From an uncultured Acidobacteriota bacterium (lineage in GTDB: Bacteria > Acidobacteriota > Thermoanaerobaculia > UBA5066), in assembly GCA_937888435.1 (NCBI GenBank), contig CALAQS010000288.1, positions 1-52,066 of the forward strand: DNA of 52,066 nucleotides, in the 5' to 3' direction. Below the pieces are notes generated by a model, which was not told where the DNA came from, ran no database searches, and saw only the letters and a program-made list of their open reading frames with translations. Shown in pieces: positions 18,501 through 25,903 of the stretch (positions are counted from its first letter, which is position 1; the number at the start of each line of letters is the position of its first letter). The position numbers and the translations under genes were made by a program.

Positions 18501-19860
18501 TCAGGCGGGCGATTCCAAGAACGACATCGTCCTCTCGCTTTCCGGGGGCTCCACCATCCAGGGGGCGGTCTCCGGGCTGCCGGACAACTGGAAGAACGGC
18601 ACGACCGTGACCGCGAACGGCGCTCAGGCCTTCGTCGCGAGCACAAAGGTCGGCGGCGACGGCACGTTCCAGATCACGAATGTGCCGGCGGGCCCGGTCA
18701 CTCTCCGCGCGCAGGCGGGTGACGGTCTCGGCGACTCGCGAAGCGCGACGAAGCTGGTCACGGCCAGCGACGACGTGCCCGTGCTCCCAGCGGAGATCGT
18801 TTTCGAGGTCGGCTTCAACCTGACAGGCCATGTCACGCAGGCCGGCCAGCCCACCGCGAACGTGATGGTCCTCGCGAGCCTGCAGGGCGGCGGAGGAAGG
18901 CAGGCCACGACCCGCACCGACAGCAGCGGCGCCTACACACTGCAAGGCCTGCAGGAAGGCTCGTACACCGTCACCGCCACGTCCGATCCTCTCGCCGGCA
19001 GCGGCGCCCAGGTCCGCCAGACGATCTCTCTCACGAGCGACCAGAGCCTGGACCTGATCTTTCCCACGGCGCGCGTGTCGGGTGTCGTGAACGACGCCGA
19101 CACGAAGCAGCCGCTCTCCAACGCCACGATTTCGCTGGCCGCTGCCGCTGGGGCGGGCACGCCGATGCAGCGCATGGCGACGACGGACAGCAACGGGCAC
19201 TTCCAGTTCACGGACGTCCCGCCCCAGTCGTACACGCTCAACGCGCAGATGACCGACTACCAGTTCGACAACCGCACGATCACGGCCGCCGACGACGGCA
19301 GCACCGACAACCTCTCGATCGACCTCGTGCACGGGCAGGGCATCGGGATCATCGCGCGCGACGGGATCTACGGCGTCCCGATGCGCAGCCTTTCTGCGCG
19401 CGCCCTCGACGGTAACAAGAACGCGGTCTTCCAGGGCACGATCGCGCTCGACTCGACCGGCAGCGGGGAGATCCCGTCGCTCCAGCCGGGCGGGTACACG
19501 CTCTTCGTGAACGCGAGCGGCTACGCCACCCTCTACATTCCGAGCGTCACGGCGCCCTCGCAGCAGCCGCTGCCCGTCAGTCTCACGCCGGGCGGTTCCG
19601 CCGACATCTCGGTCGGCCCGAAGTCGTTCGTGAACGGCATCATGCGCGGCACTCTGAAGAACTCGTCGGGCATTCCGTACCCGTACACGCTGTTCAACAC
19701 GGACGGGCGAATCGCGATTACTGCCGACGCGACCGGCCAGACCGGATTCAGGCGCCTTTCGAACCTTGCGCCGGGCAGCTACATCCTGACCCTCGACAAC
19801 GGGGGTGGCACCTCCTTCAACATCTCGGAGGGGTCGATCACGCCGGTCCCTCTGCCATAG
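15574..19860 (+). CDS. Secreted 1428-aa protein of ~15 tandem CarboxypepD_reg-like (Ig-like beta-sandwich) domains
   Basis: ORF 15304..19860 trimmed to ATG 15574, with GGAGG 7 nt upstream. Signal peptide MARGLSLLLLLALALSTGAARAGE. Repeating units of about 85-95 aa follow the pattern (I/L/V)xGxVxDxxGxP...A.V......T.(T/S)DxxGxFx(F/I/L)xxhxxGxYxLxh. Confidence 0.8.
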   Translation: MRHLRDSRSGARGMARGLSLLLLLALALSTGAARAGEIRGRLLVSDRADKPVGGLMVSAVPWETPGDEARRAMKGGEAPKPIASAVTGADGSFVLAVPSEPGRERSFRVRVEGAGVVPVLFEDVYDAAETEDLGEHTLPHGEKVTGVAVDASGKPLPGAEVSLEAGVADGDDLAYRVVTRSAVTGEDGKFQFEEASATGNRITIEKANLAPTLQTSLKAGTIPRPIAVVAGDLVTGTVVDAGKHPVASALVRLESLKATTRWVETDTEGRFTIPHAPDGRGSIVVDAGDAGWGRKPDVKLPLGEGKALAITLARPASLEGKVLDDKTGHAVPRAKVFLKANGFVRLVRTGPDGTYHLKGVPTQKYRLTVDEARYVPWVKPDLALAPGEAKHLDIAVTLGATMIGKVVDENGAPVPAARGSLIRGGESALAGIRRMLRVGGGETTAFRTHADGTFKATRLAPGENQRLFVSHADFERATLAGLSLPSGGTKPNVAIVMHRGATISGVVRDTNNLPIQDVEVEVDPSVNFRAGAGGMVANFARLGGASTRPRTKTAADGTFLIKGMSVGEYALQIRKPGFANERVDPVKVTEKGVDPIAVTLGPGASLSGIVRRKNGDGAEGFIVRVGGGGGRGAGGGILGGLGTDLATASDGLFVIDGLKPGQAYDLSVFGGAGLGPQKRGVVAPATNVEMVVAGTGRIAGTALDARSGQPLKNFSVSFEPDRGGGAIIRIVARGAGAQTGIGQKRDFDTDDGSFTLEDVPAGTWTVVVEAKGYQPARVANLLVEENGVKDGVEVRATPGMVLKGHVTDARSGRPVANANITYQATDSGGGPGGGFGGRGGAISGLDPSQDITSDADGHFEIEGIPTGKVKVTAKNPDYTDGSEVADVKDTGGTVEIKLTGGGSASGIVALGSQPLPNAQVALAGAGDAGFGRILGGSQTTTSDGQGHFEFDHLGAGRYTVSAGLNGQSSNLTDFVLQAGDSKNDIVLSLSGGSTIQGAVSGLPDNWKNGTTVTANGAQAFVASTKVGGDGTFQITNVPAGPVTLRAQAGDGLGDSRSATKLVTASDDVPVLPAEIVFEVGFNLTGHVTQAGQPTANVMVLASLQGGGGRQATTRTDSSGAYTLQGLQEGSYTVTATSDPLAGSGAQVRQTISLTSDQSLDLIFPTARVSGVVNDADTKQPLSNATISLAAAAGAGTPMQRMATTDSNGHFQFTDVPPQSYTLNAQMTDYQFDNRTITAADDGSTDNLSIDLVHGQGIGIIARDGIYGVPMRSLSARALDGNKNAVFQGTIALDSTGSGEIPSLQPGGYTLFVNASGYATLYIPSVTAPSQQPLPVSLTPGGSADISVGPKSFVNGIMRGTLKNSSGIPYPYTLFNTDGRIAITADATGQTGFRRLSNLAPGSYILTLDNGGGTSFNISEGSITPVPLP

Positions 19861-19948
19861 GAAGACAAGAAGAGAAAATTATTAGTAAGAGAAGAGATAG
19901 AAAAGCACCGAAACCTGCTGCTTCGAAGTCAGCCGTTAAGATCCGCGC

Positions 19949-22900
19949 ATGAAGAAGCACAGGGGCAAAACTCTTTTCCTCGTCCTCCTCGGACTCGCCG
20001 TGCTCATGGCGCACGCCGAGACGCCCGAGCAGGTTCGGGGAAAGAAGCAAGCCGCCGCTCTGTGGCGCCCCGCCGACGGCGACGCGGCGGCTTTCGAGGC
20101 GTTCGCGAGGGCGAACACCGCGTCCGACGCCGCCACGCGCGACGCCCTGTTCACGCGTCTTTCGGCCGCGGTCGTCTCGCTCGAGGGCCACATGCGCGAG
20201 GCCAGCCGCGATCTCAGAATGCACGTGGACCTGGACCGGGGTCCGATCCTGCCGTTCGACGAGGCGCTCGCGGCTTACGACCCCGGCGCTCACCTCACGG
20301 ACGACCTCTTCGAGAACAAGGTCGCGTTCACGACGCTCCTCAACTTCCCCGTGTACACGCTCGAGGAGAAGCTCCGCCTCGGTTCGGCGTGGACGCGCCG
20401 CCAGTGGGCGGAAGCGCGCCTCGCCGACCGCTTTGCGACGCGCGTCCCGGCCAGCGTCAACCTCGCGATCGCGAAGGCTCAATCCGACTCGGCGCAGTAC
20501 ATCGCCTCGTACAACATCTGGATGCACCACCTCGTGGACGACAAGGGGGTCCGCCTCTTCCCCGCGAAGATGCGGCTCCTCTCGCACTGGAACCTGCGCG
20601 ACGAGATCAAGTCCGATTACGCCGACAAAGAGCGCGGGAGAGCGAAGCAGCGCGCGATCCGCAAGGTCATGGAGCGCATCGTCGACCAGACGATCCCGAA
20701 GGCCGTTCTCGACAACCCGAGCGTCGACTGGAATCCGTTCACGAACGAAGTCCACCCGGCCGCCGTGAAGGATTACGAGGACGTGGACGTCCCCGAGAAA
20801 GAAGCGGGCCCCGGTCCCGAGCCCGACACGCGTTACGCCACCCTTCTCGCCGACTTTCGCGCCGTGAGGCAGGCCGATCCTTACTCGCCCACGGCGCCCA
20901 CGTTCATCGCGCGGAAGTTCGACGAGGACCGCCAGATCCCCGAGGCGCGCGTCAGGAAGATGCTCGAGGAAGTTCTGTCGTCGCCGCTCGTGCCGAAAGT
21001 CGCGGCGCTCATCGAGAAACGCCTCGGGCGGAAGCTTTCGCCCGTCGACGTCTGGTATCCCGGCTTCCGGCCTCAGCCCGCCCAGTCCGGCGCCGAGCTC
21101 GACGCCCTCGTACGGGCGAAATACCCCACGCCCGAGGCGTACGCGAAAGACATCCCGAACCTCCTCGCCAAGCTCGGGTTCTCGAACGAGAAGGCCCAGG
21201 AAGTCGCCGCCCGCATCGAGGTGCATCCCGCGCGCGGCTCCGGCCATGCGTCGGGCGCCGAGCTGAAGGGCTACAAGGCGTACCTCAGGACGCGCGTCGA
21301 AAAGGACGGCATGAACTACAAGGGCTACAACATCGCCGTTCACGAGATGGGGCACAACGTGGAGCAGACGTTCTCCCTTTACGAAATCGACGAGCCGCTG
21401 CTCCAGGGCGTGCCGAACACGGCTTTCACCGAGGCGCTCGCGTTCGTGTTCCAGGGCCACGACCTCGAGCTGCTCGGCCTCGCGAAGCCCTCGGAGAAGG
21501 CGCGTGCCGAGAAGGTGCTCGACGCGTTCTGGGGCGCGTACGAGATCGCGGGGGTCGGCCTCGTCGACATGGGCGTCTGGCACTTCATGTACGAGCACCC
21601 CGAGGCCACGCCCGCCGAGCTGAAGGCAGCGACGCTCGCGATTGCGCGCGACGTGTGGAACCGCTTCTACACTCCCGTCCTCGGCGAGAAGGACGTCACG
21701 CTTCTCGCGGTGTACTCGCACATGATCGAGGCGTTCCTGTATCTGCCCGACTATTCGATCGGCCACATGATCGCGTTCCAGATCGAGCGGCAGATGGAGA
21801 AGGCTGGAGCGATCGGCCCCGAGTTCGAGCGCATGGCGAAGCTGGGCAACATCGCGCCCGATCTCTGGATGACCGAGGCCACGGGCGCGCCCGTGGGACC
21901 CGAGGCGCTGCTCGCCGAGACGGAGAAGGCGCTGTCGACGATGACTTCCGCGGCTGAGACAAACGAGGTCCTGCCCTTCATCGCGGACGATTACCCGAAG
22001 GCTCTCGCGTTCGCGCGCGCCGAAAGGAAGCCGATCTTTCTGGAGGCCTGGGCGCCGTGGTGCCACTCGTGCCGCTCCATGAGGGCCTTCGTCTTCAACG
22101 ACAAAGCGCTCGAGCGGCAGGCCGGACGGTTCGTCTGGCTCTCGATCAACACCGAAAAGCGCGAAAACGCGGCGGTCCTCGCGAAGTTCCCGGTCCAGGC
22201 GTGGCCCTCGTTCTACGTCATCGACCCGAAGTCGGAGAAAGTCGTCCTGCGCTACGTGGGCGGCGCCACGGTGCCGCAGCTCCAGCGCATCCTCGACGAC
22301 GGGGAGAGGGCGACGAGCGAAGCAGGCCGCTCCCCAAGGCCCGATGAGATTCTCGCGAAGGCGGACCGTTTCTTCGCGGAGGGAAAGAACGTCGAGGCAG
22401 CGGACGCATACCGCGCGGCCCTCCCAGGGCTGCCGCCCTCGTCGCCGTCTTACACCCGCACCGTCGACTCGCTTCTGTTCGCGCTCACGGTGAGCCGCCA
22501 GCCGGAGCCGTGCGCGACGATCGCGCGCGACGCCTTTCCGCACCTTCGCTCCTCGCCCTCGGCCGCGAACGTGGCCGGCTCCGGCCTCGACTGCGCGGTC
22601 TCGCTCCCGAAGGACGCGCCGCAGAAGGCCCCTCTCGTTCAGGCCCTCGCCGCGGACGCGCGCGAGGTCCTCGGGGGCAAGCGCGCGGGTCTCGCCGTGG
22701 ACGACGTCTCGTCGCTGTACCAGTCGCTCGCCAGCGCGCGCGAGGACGCGGGCGACGAGACCGGAAAGAAGAAGGCGCTCGAGGAGTGGGCGGCGTATCT
22801 CGAAGGCGAGGCTGCGGTGGCGAAGACCGCCGAAGGTCGCGCCGCGTTCGACGCGCACCGCATCACGGCGTACCTCGAGCTGGGCCAGCCCGAGCGGGGA

Positions 22901-23218
22901 ATCCCGATGCTCGAGGCCTCCGAGCGCGACGTTCCCGGCGACTACAACCCACCCGCACGCCTCGCCCTCGCGTACCGGGCCATGAAGAAGTACGACGAGG
23001 CCCTCGCGGCTTCCGACCGCGCGCTCCAGCACGCCTACGGCCCGCGAAAGCTCGTCATTCTGAGCGCACGCGCCGACATCTACGACAAGAAGGGAGACCG
23101 GGCGGGCGCGCGCAAAACGCGCGAGAACGCGTTGGCGTGGGCCGAGGCGCTCCCGAAGGAGCAGGTCTCCGAGCGCCAGATCGCCGCGCTGAAAAAGCAG
23201 CTCGAAACGCCCAAGTAG
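19949..23218 (+). CDS. Secreted tri-domain fusion: gluzincin-type metallopeptidase-like domain + thioredoxin-like CxxC domain + TPR repeats
   Basis: 1089 aa. Signal peptide MKKHRGKTLFLVLLGLAVLMAHAE. HEMGH lies at nt 21341..21355, with a candidate third ligand in FTEALAF 26 residues later. WAPWCHSCRSM (CxxC at nt 22061..22072) sits in a thioredoxin-fold context (...FPVQAWPSFYVIDP...). The C-terminal ~300 aa are TPR-like helices. Confidence 0.75.
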   Translation: MKKHRGKTLFLVLLGLAVLMAHAETPEQVRGKKQAAALWRPADGDAAAFEAFARANTASDAATRDALFTRLSAAVVSLEGHMREASRDLRMHVDLDRGPILPFDEALAAYDPGAHLTDDLFENKVAFTTLLNFPVYTLEEKLRLGSAWTRRQWAEARLADRFATRVPASVNLAIAKAQSDSAQYIASYNIWMHHLVDDKGVRLFPAKMRLLSHWNLRDEIKSDYADKERGRAKQRAIRKVMERIVDQTIPKAVLDNPSVDWNPFTNEVHPAAVKDYEDVDVPEKEAGPGPEPDTRYATLLADFRAVRQADPYSPTAPTFIARKFDEDRQIPEARVRKMLEEVLSSPLVPKVAALIEKRLGRKLSPVDVWYPGFRPQPAQSGAELDALVRAKYPTPEAYAKDIPNLLAKLGFSNEKAQEVAARIEVHPARGSGHASGAELKGYKAYLRTRVEKDGMNYKGYNIAVHEMGHNVEQTFSLYEIDEPLLQGVPNTAFTEALAFVFQGHDLELLGLAKPSEKARAEKVLDAFWGAYEIAGVGLVDMGVWHFMYEHPEATPAELKAATLAIARDVWNRFYTPVLGEKDVTLLAVYSHMIEAFLYLPDYSIGHMIAFQIERQMEKAGAIGPEFERMAKLGNIAPDLWMTEATGAPVGPEALLAETEKALSTMTSAAETNEVLPFIADDYPKALAFARAERKPIFLEAWAPWCHSCRSMRAFVFNDKALERQAGRFVWLSINTEKRENAAVLAKFPVQAWPSFYVIDPKSEKVVLRYVGGATVPQLQRILDDGERATSEAGRSPRPDEILAKADRFFAEGKNVEAADAYRAALPGLPPSSPSYTRTVDSLLFALTVSRQPEPCATIARDAFPHLRSSPSAANVAGSGLDCAVSLPKDAPQKAPLVQALAADAREVLGGKRAGLAVDDVSSLYQSLASAREDAGDETGKKKALEEWAAYLEGEAAVAKTAEGRAAFDAHRITAYLELGQPERGIPMLEASERDVPGDYNPPARLALAYRAMKKYDEALAASDRALQHAYGPRKLVILSARADIYDKKGDRAGARKTRENALAWAEALPKEQVSERQIAALKKQLETPK

Positions 23219-23268
23219 AATCGGCCCGCCAAGACGGGGCTCCTGACCCTCTGCGCGGACTTTTGGAT

Positions 23269-23850
23269 TCAGCCCAGGAACGCCTTTGCGAAGAGGGCGA
23301 GGCCGATCAGCCCGACGCCGATCGACCCGAACCACACGAGCCTGTTGCTCGTCAGCGCGGCCACGGCCCCGAGCGCGATCGACACCTGGAGAAGTGCGAC
23401 CGTGTTCGCGAAGCCGTGGTGCTCGTGCAGCAGGTGGTCCGCCTCCTTCGACTTCGCGTCCCGCTCGTGCTCTTTCTCCTCGGCTTTCTTCTTGATCTCG
23501 GCCTGCTCGTCCTTGTAGCGCTTCTGCTCCTCCGCGTACTTCGCCGGGGCCTCCCGGCCCGTCGCGAGCCACGGCGTGGCCGAGGCCTCCTGCACCGCGG
23601 CCTTCAGTCCCTTCGCCTGGTAGTAGGCCCACTCGTCGGATGCCTCCGCCTGCAGGCGCGTCGCCTCCGTCTTCAGCACGAGCGCCTCGTTCACGGTAGC
23701 GCCCGCGCGCAGGGAGGCGATCGCCGCGGCGACCGCGAGGAGCGCCGTCGTCAGCGCGATCTGCCTGAGGAAGGAGCCGCCCTCCTTCTCCATCTCTTCC
23801 TGGATCGCCTCGCGCAGGTTTTCTGTCTCGACTTCCGGGCCTTCGGGCAT
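23269..23850 (-). CDS. DUF4337-like membrane protein
   Basis: 193 aa. Charged N-terminus, TM helix LTTALLAVAAAIASL, a long coiled region (EATRLQAEASDEWAYYQAKGLK...) and a C-terminal pair of helices. This layout is typical of DUF4337. Confidence 0.6.
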   Translation of the reverse strand: MPEGPEVETENLREAIQEEMEKEGGSFLRQIALTTALLAVAAAIASLRAGATVNEALVLKTEATRLQAEASDEWAYYQAKGLKAAVQEASATPWLATGREAPAKYAEEQKRYKDEQAEIKKKAEEKEHERDAKSKEADHLLHEHHGFANTVALLQVSIALGAVAALTSNRLVWFGSIGVGLIGLALFAKAFLG

Positions 23851-24054
23851 CTGACCCCCCTTCGCGGGAGGGATTCTGCCTCACCCCAGGCCGGCGCAAG
23901 CCGATGTGCGCTATACTCCCCTCGTTCGCCCTTTCTCTCGTACTGACGGAGCGGACCGAGACCGAAAGGTCCCCGTCGACCATCTTTCGTACCTCTCACC
24001 ACCATCTGCCAGCCGCACGCGTCCTTCGGACGACGTGTTCAACAAAGGATCCCC

Positions 24055-24348
24055 ATGAAGCTCTACGTTGGAAACCTGTCCTACTCCGTGAACGACTCCA
24101 CCCTCCGCGCCCTGTTCGAGCCCTTCGGCAACATCGAGTCCGCGCGCGTCATCTCCGACCGCGACACCGGCAGCTCGAAGGGCTTCGGCTTCGTCGAGAT
24201 GTCCGACGACGACGCTCAGAAGGCGATGGGCGCCCTCAACGGCCGCGACAACGACGGCCGCGCCCTCAAGGTGAACGAGGCCAAGCCCCAGGAGAACCGC
24301 GGCGGCGGCGGTGGCTATGGCGGCGGCGGCGGCGGACGCCGCTACTAG
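24055..24348 (+). CDS. RRM-type RNA-binding protein with glycine-rich tail
   Basis: 97 aa. RNP-2 LYVGNL and RNP-1 KGFGFVEM. C-terminal tail RGGGGGYGGGGGGRRY. Confidence 0.9.
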   Translation: MKLYVGNLSYSVNDSTLRALFEPFGNIESARVISDRDTGSSKGFGFVEMSDDDAQKAMGALNGRDNDGRALKVNEAKPQENRGGGGGYGGGGGGRRY

Positions 24349-24374
24349 TCCCTCAGGGACCAGTTTTTCTCGAG

Positions 24375-24415
24375 CGGCGCCGGAGTGGAGTCACTTCGGC
24401 GCCGGTTCTGTTTTT
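24375..24415 (+). terminator. Intrinsic terminator downstream of the RRM gene
   Basis: CGGCGCCGGAGTG-GAGT-CACTTCGGCGCCG: a 13-bp stem (one G-U pair) with a tetraloop, spanning 24375..24404. It is followed by GTTCTGTTTTT. Confidence 0.6.
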
Positions 24416-24435
24416 GGGGCCGTTAGACTCCGCCC

Positions 24436-25074
24436 ATGGTGTCTCCGAAGAATCCGCAAACCGAGGTCCGCTGGCCGGTTCTCTTCGCGCTACTCGCGCT
24501 CGGCCTCCTCAACTTTGCTCTGCCGCCCACTCTCATCGTGGGTCCGCGCTGGGTGGTTCTCGTCGTCTTGGCCGTCCTCGCCATCCCGGCTGTGCTCGCC
24601 CAACGGGCGGGCCGCGTCTCGCTCAGTCGCACGCTCGGTTTCGTCATGAGCGGCATCGTGACGCTGACCCTCGTTGGCTCCCTCGCGCTCCTCATCGCGG
24701 GGCTGCCGAAAAAGAGCGAGACGCCGGCGGAGCTCGCGAGGTCCTCCGCGTGTCTCTGGGTCGCCAACGTGCTGGTCTTCGCGATCTGGTACTGGAGGCT
24801 CGACGCGGGCGGGCCGTTCGCCCGGGACGGCCGCGGCGCGCACACCGAGGGAGATTTCTTCTTTCCCCAGATGATGGAAGGGTGCCCGGGGCCGAAAAAC
24901 TGGACACCCCGGTTCGTGGACTATCTCTTCATCGCTTTCAACAACAGCACGGCCTTCTCGCCCACCGACACACCCATCCTCTCGCGCTGGGCGAAGGTCC
25001 TCACGATGCTCCAGTCGCTGATCTCGCTTCTTGTGGTCGCGGTTCTCGCCTCGCGCGCCGTCGGCCTGATCTGA
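24436..25074 (+). CDS. Membrane protein, DUF1345-like
   Basis: 212 aa with 4-5 TM helices. The segment FVDYLFIAFNNSTAFSPTDT...WAKVLTMLQSLISLLVVAVLASRAV resembles the conserved DUF1345 core. Call is by eye only. Confidence 0.45.
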   Translation: MVSPKNPQTEVRWPVLFALLALGLLNFALPPTLIVGPRWVVLVVLAVLAIPAVLAQRAGRVSLSRTLGFVMSGIVTLTLVGSLALLIAGLPKKSETPAELARSSACLWVANVLVFAIWYWRLDAGGPFARDGRGAHTEGDFFFPQMMEGCPGPKNWTPRFVDYLFIAFNNSTAFSPTDTPILSRWAKVLTMLQSLISLLVVAVLASRAVGLI

Positions 25075-25078
25075 GAAA

Positions 25079-25124
25079 TCCGGATTTTCCCCATCCTCCG
25101 GACTCTTTCCGGCCCTCCTCCGGA
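25079..25124 (+). promoter_or_regulatory. Array of TCCGG(A) palindromic boxes upstream of the small-protein pair
   Basis: TCCGGA at 25079, 25097 and 25119, plus TCCGG at 25108. The last three boxes are phased at exactly 11 nt. The array lies 110-155 nt upstream of ATG 25234. No known operator consensus was recognised. Confidence 0.25.
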
Positions 25125-25233
25125 ATCTGCCCGGCGCGCCTCGGGAGTTTTTCCGCGCGACCCCCGGCCCCGTCCCGATTGAGGAAACCCTGGCCGGGCC
25201 CCACATTGTCCGTGTCAGAGCAAGGAGGACGTC

Positions 25234-25539
25234 ATGAAAAACGAAAAGAAGGAAACCAGAGGCGGAAACAGAGTCGACGGGGGCTTTTACCTGAACCGGA
25301 AGACGTGGGACCTCGTGACCGTGAACGGAAAGAAGGGCGTCCTCCCCGGGGTGGCGGACGACCTCTATCTGAAAGTTCCGACGCTGGCGATGCTGGCGGC
25401 GGCTCCCGTGCTCGGCGCCACGCTCGTCGTCTTCCTGCCGTTCGTCGGCTTCGTGCTCTTCGCCGTGGCTGGCCTCCGCAAGGTGGCGGGCCTCGACAAG
25501 GCGGCAAAGGCCGCCGAGCCCGCGCGCGAGACCCGCTGA
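25234..25539 (+). CDS. Small membrane protein, paralog 1 (101 aa), uncharacterised family
   Basis: RBS AAGGAGGA upstream. Core GGFYLNRKTWDLVTVNGKKGVLPGVADDLYLKVP followed by a hydrophobic helix-hairpin, LAMLAAAPVLGATLVVFLPFVGFVLFAVAG. Confidence 0.6.
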   Translation: MKNEKKETRGGNRVDGGFYLNRKTWDLVTVNGKKGVLPGVADDLYLKVPTLAMLAAAPVLGATLVVFLPFVGFVLFAVAGLRKVAGLDKAAKAAEPARETR

Positions 25540-25594
25540 CCCGGGCACTCGACACCCCCCATCAAACGAAAAAAGAAGGGAACAGGAGCATTCC

Positions 25595-25891
25595 ATGAAA
25601 CGGTTCGAAGGTAATAGCAGGGCCCCAGGCGGGTTCTATTTCAACCAGAAGAGCTGGGAACTCGTGACCGTGAGCGGGAAGGCCGGCGTCCTGCCCGGGA
25701 CGATCTCCGACCAATACCTGAAGGTGCCGCTTTTCCTCATGCTCCTCGGGGCACCCGTCTTCGGCGCGACGCTCGTGATGTTCCTTCCCTTCGTCGGCAT
25801 CGCGCTGTTCTTTCACGCGATGTTCCGGAAGGCCGTGAAACCGTTCGCGGCGAGGTCGCTGGAGAAGGCGCCGGCGCGCGTGACGCGCTGA
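25595..25891 (+). CDS. Small membrane protein, paralog 2 (98 aa), uncharacterised family
   Basis: RBS AGGAG upstream. Core GGFYFNQKSWELVTVSGKAGVLPGTISDQYLKVP followed by LMLLGAPVFGATLVMFLPFVGIALFF. By manual alignment, about two thirds of the ~60-aa core is identical to paralog 1. Confidence 0.6.
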   Translation: MKRFEGNSRAPGGFYFNQKSWELVTVSGKAGVLPGTISDQYLKVPLFLMLLGAPVFGATLVMFLPFVGIALFFHAMFRKAVKPFAARSLEKAPARVTR

Positions 25892-25903
25892 GCCACCCCA
25901 TTC

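Noticed and set aside
19838-23983. A 1381-aa minus-strand ORF antisense to the peptidase-thioredoxin-TPR gene. Similar long antisense or out-of-frame ORFs occur at 5462..7564(-), 30185..32131(-), 38887..40992(-), 44694..46199(-), 47083..49041(-) and 15756..18722(+).
   Set aside because: Their translations are Arg/Glu/Asp/Gly-rich low-complexity strings with no motifs. They fully overlap genes that carry clear family signatures. Long stop-free alternative frames are expected at ~70% GC.
24301-24336. GGC/GGT triplet run
   Set aside because: It simply encodes the glycine-rich tail (GGGGGYGGGGGG) of the RRM protein. It is not an independent microsatellite feature of interest.
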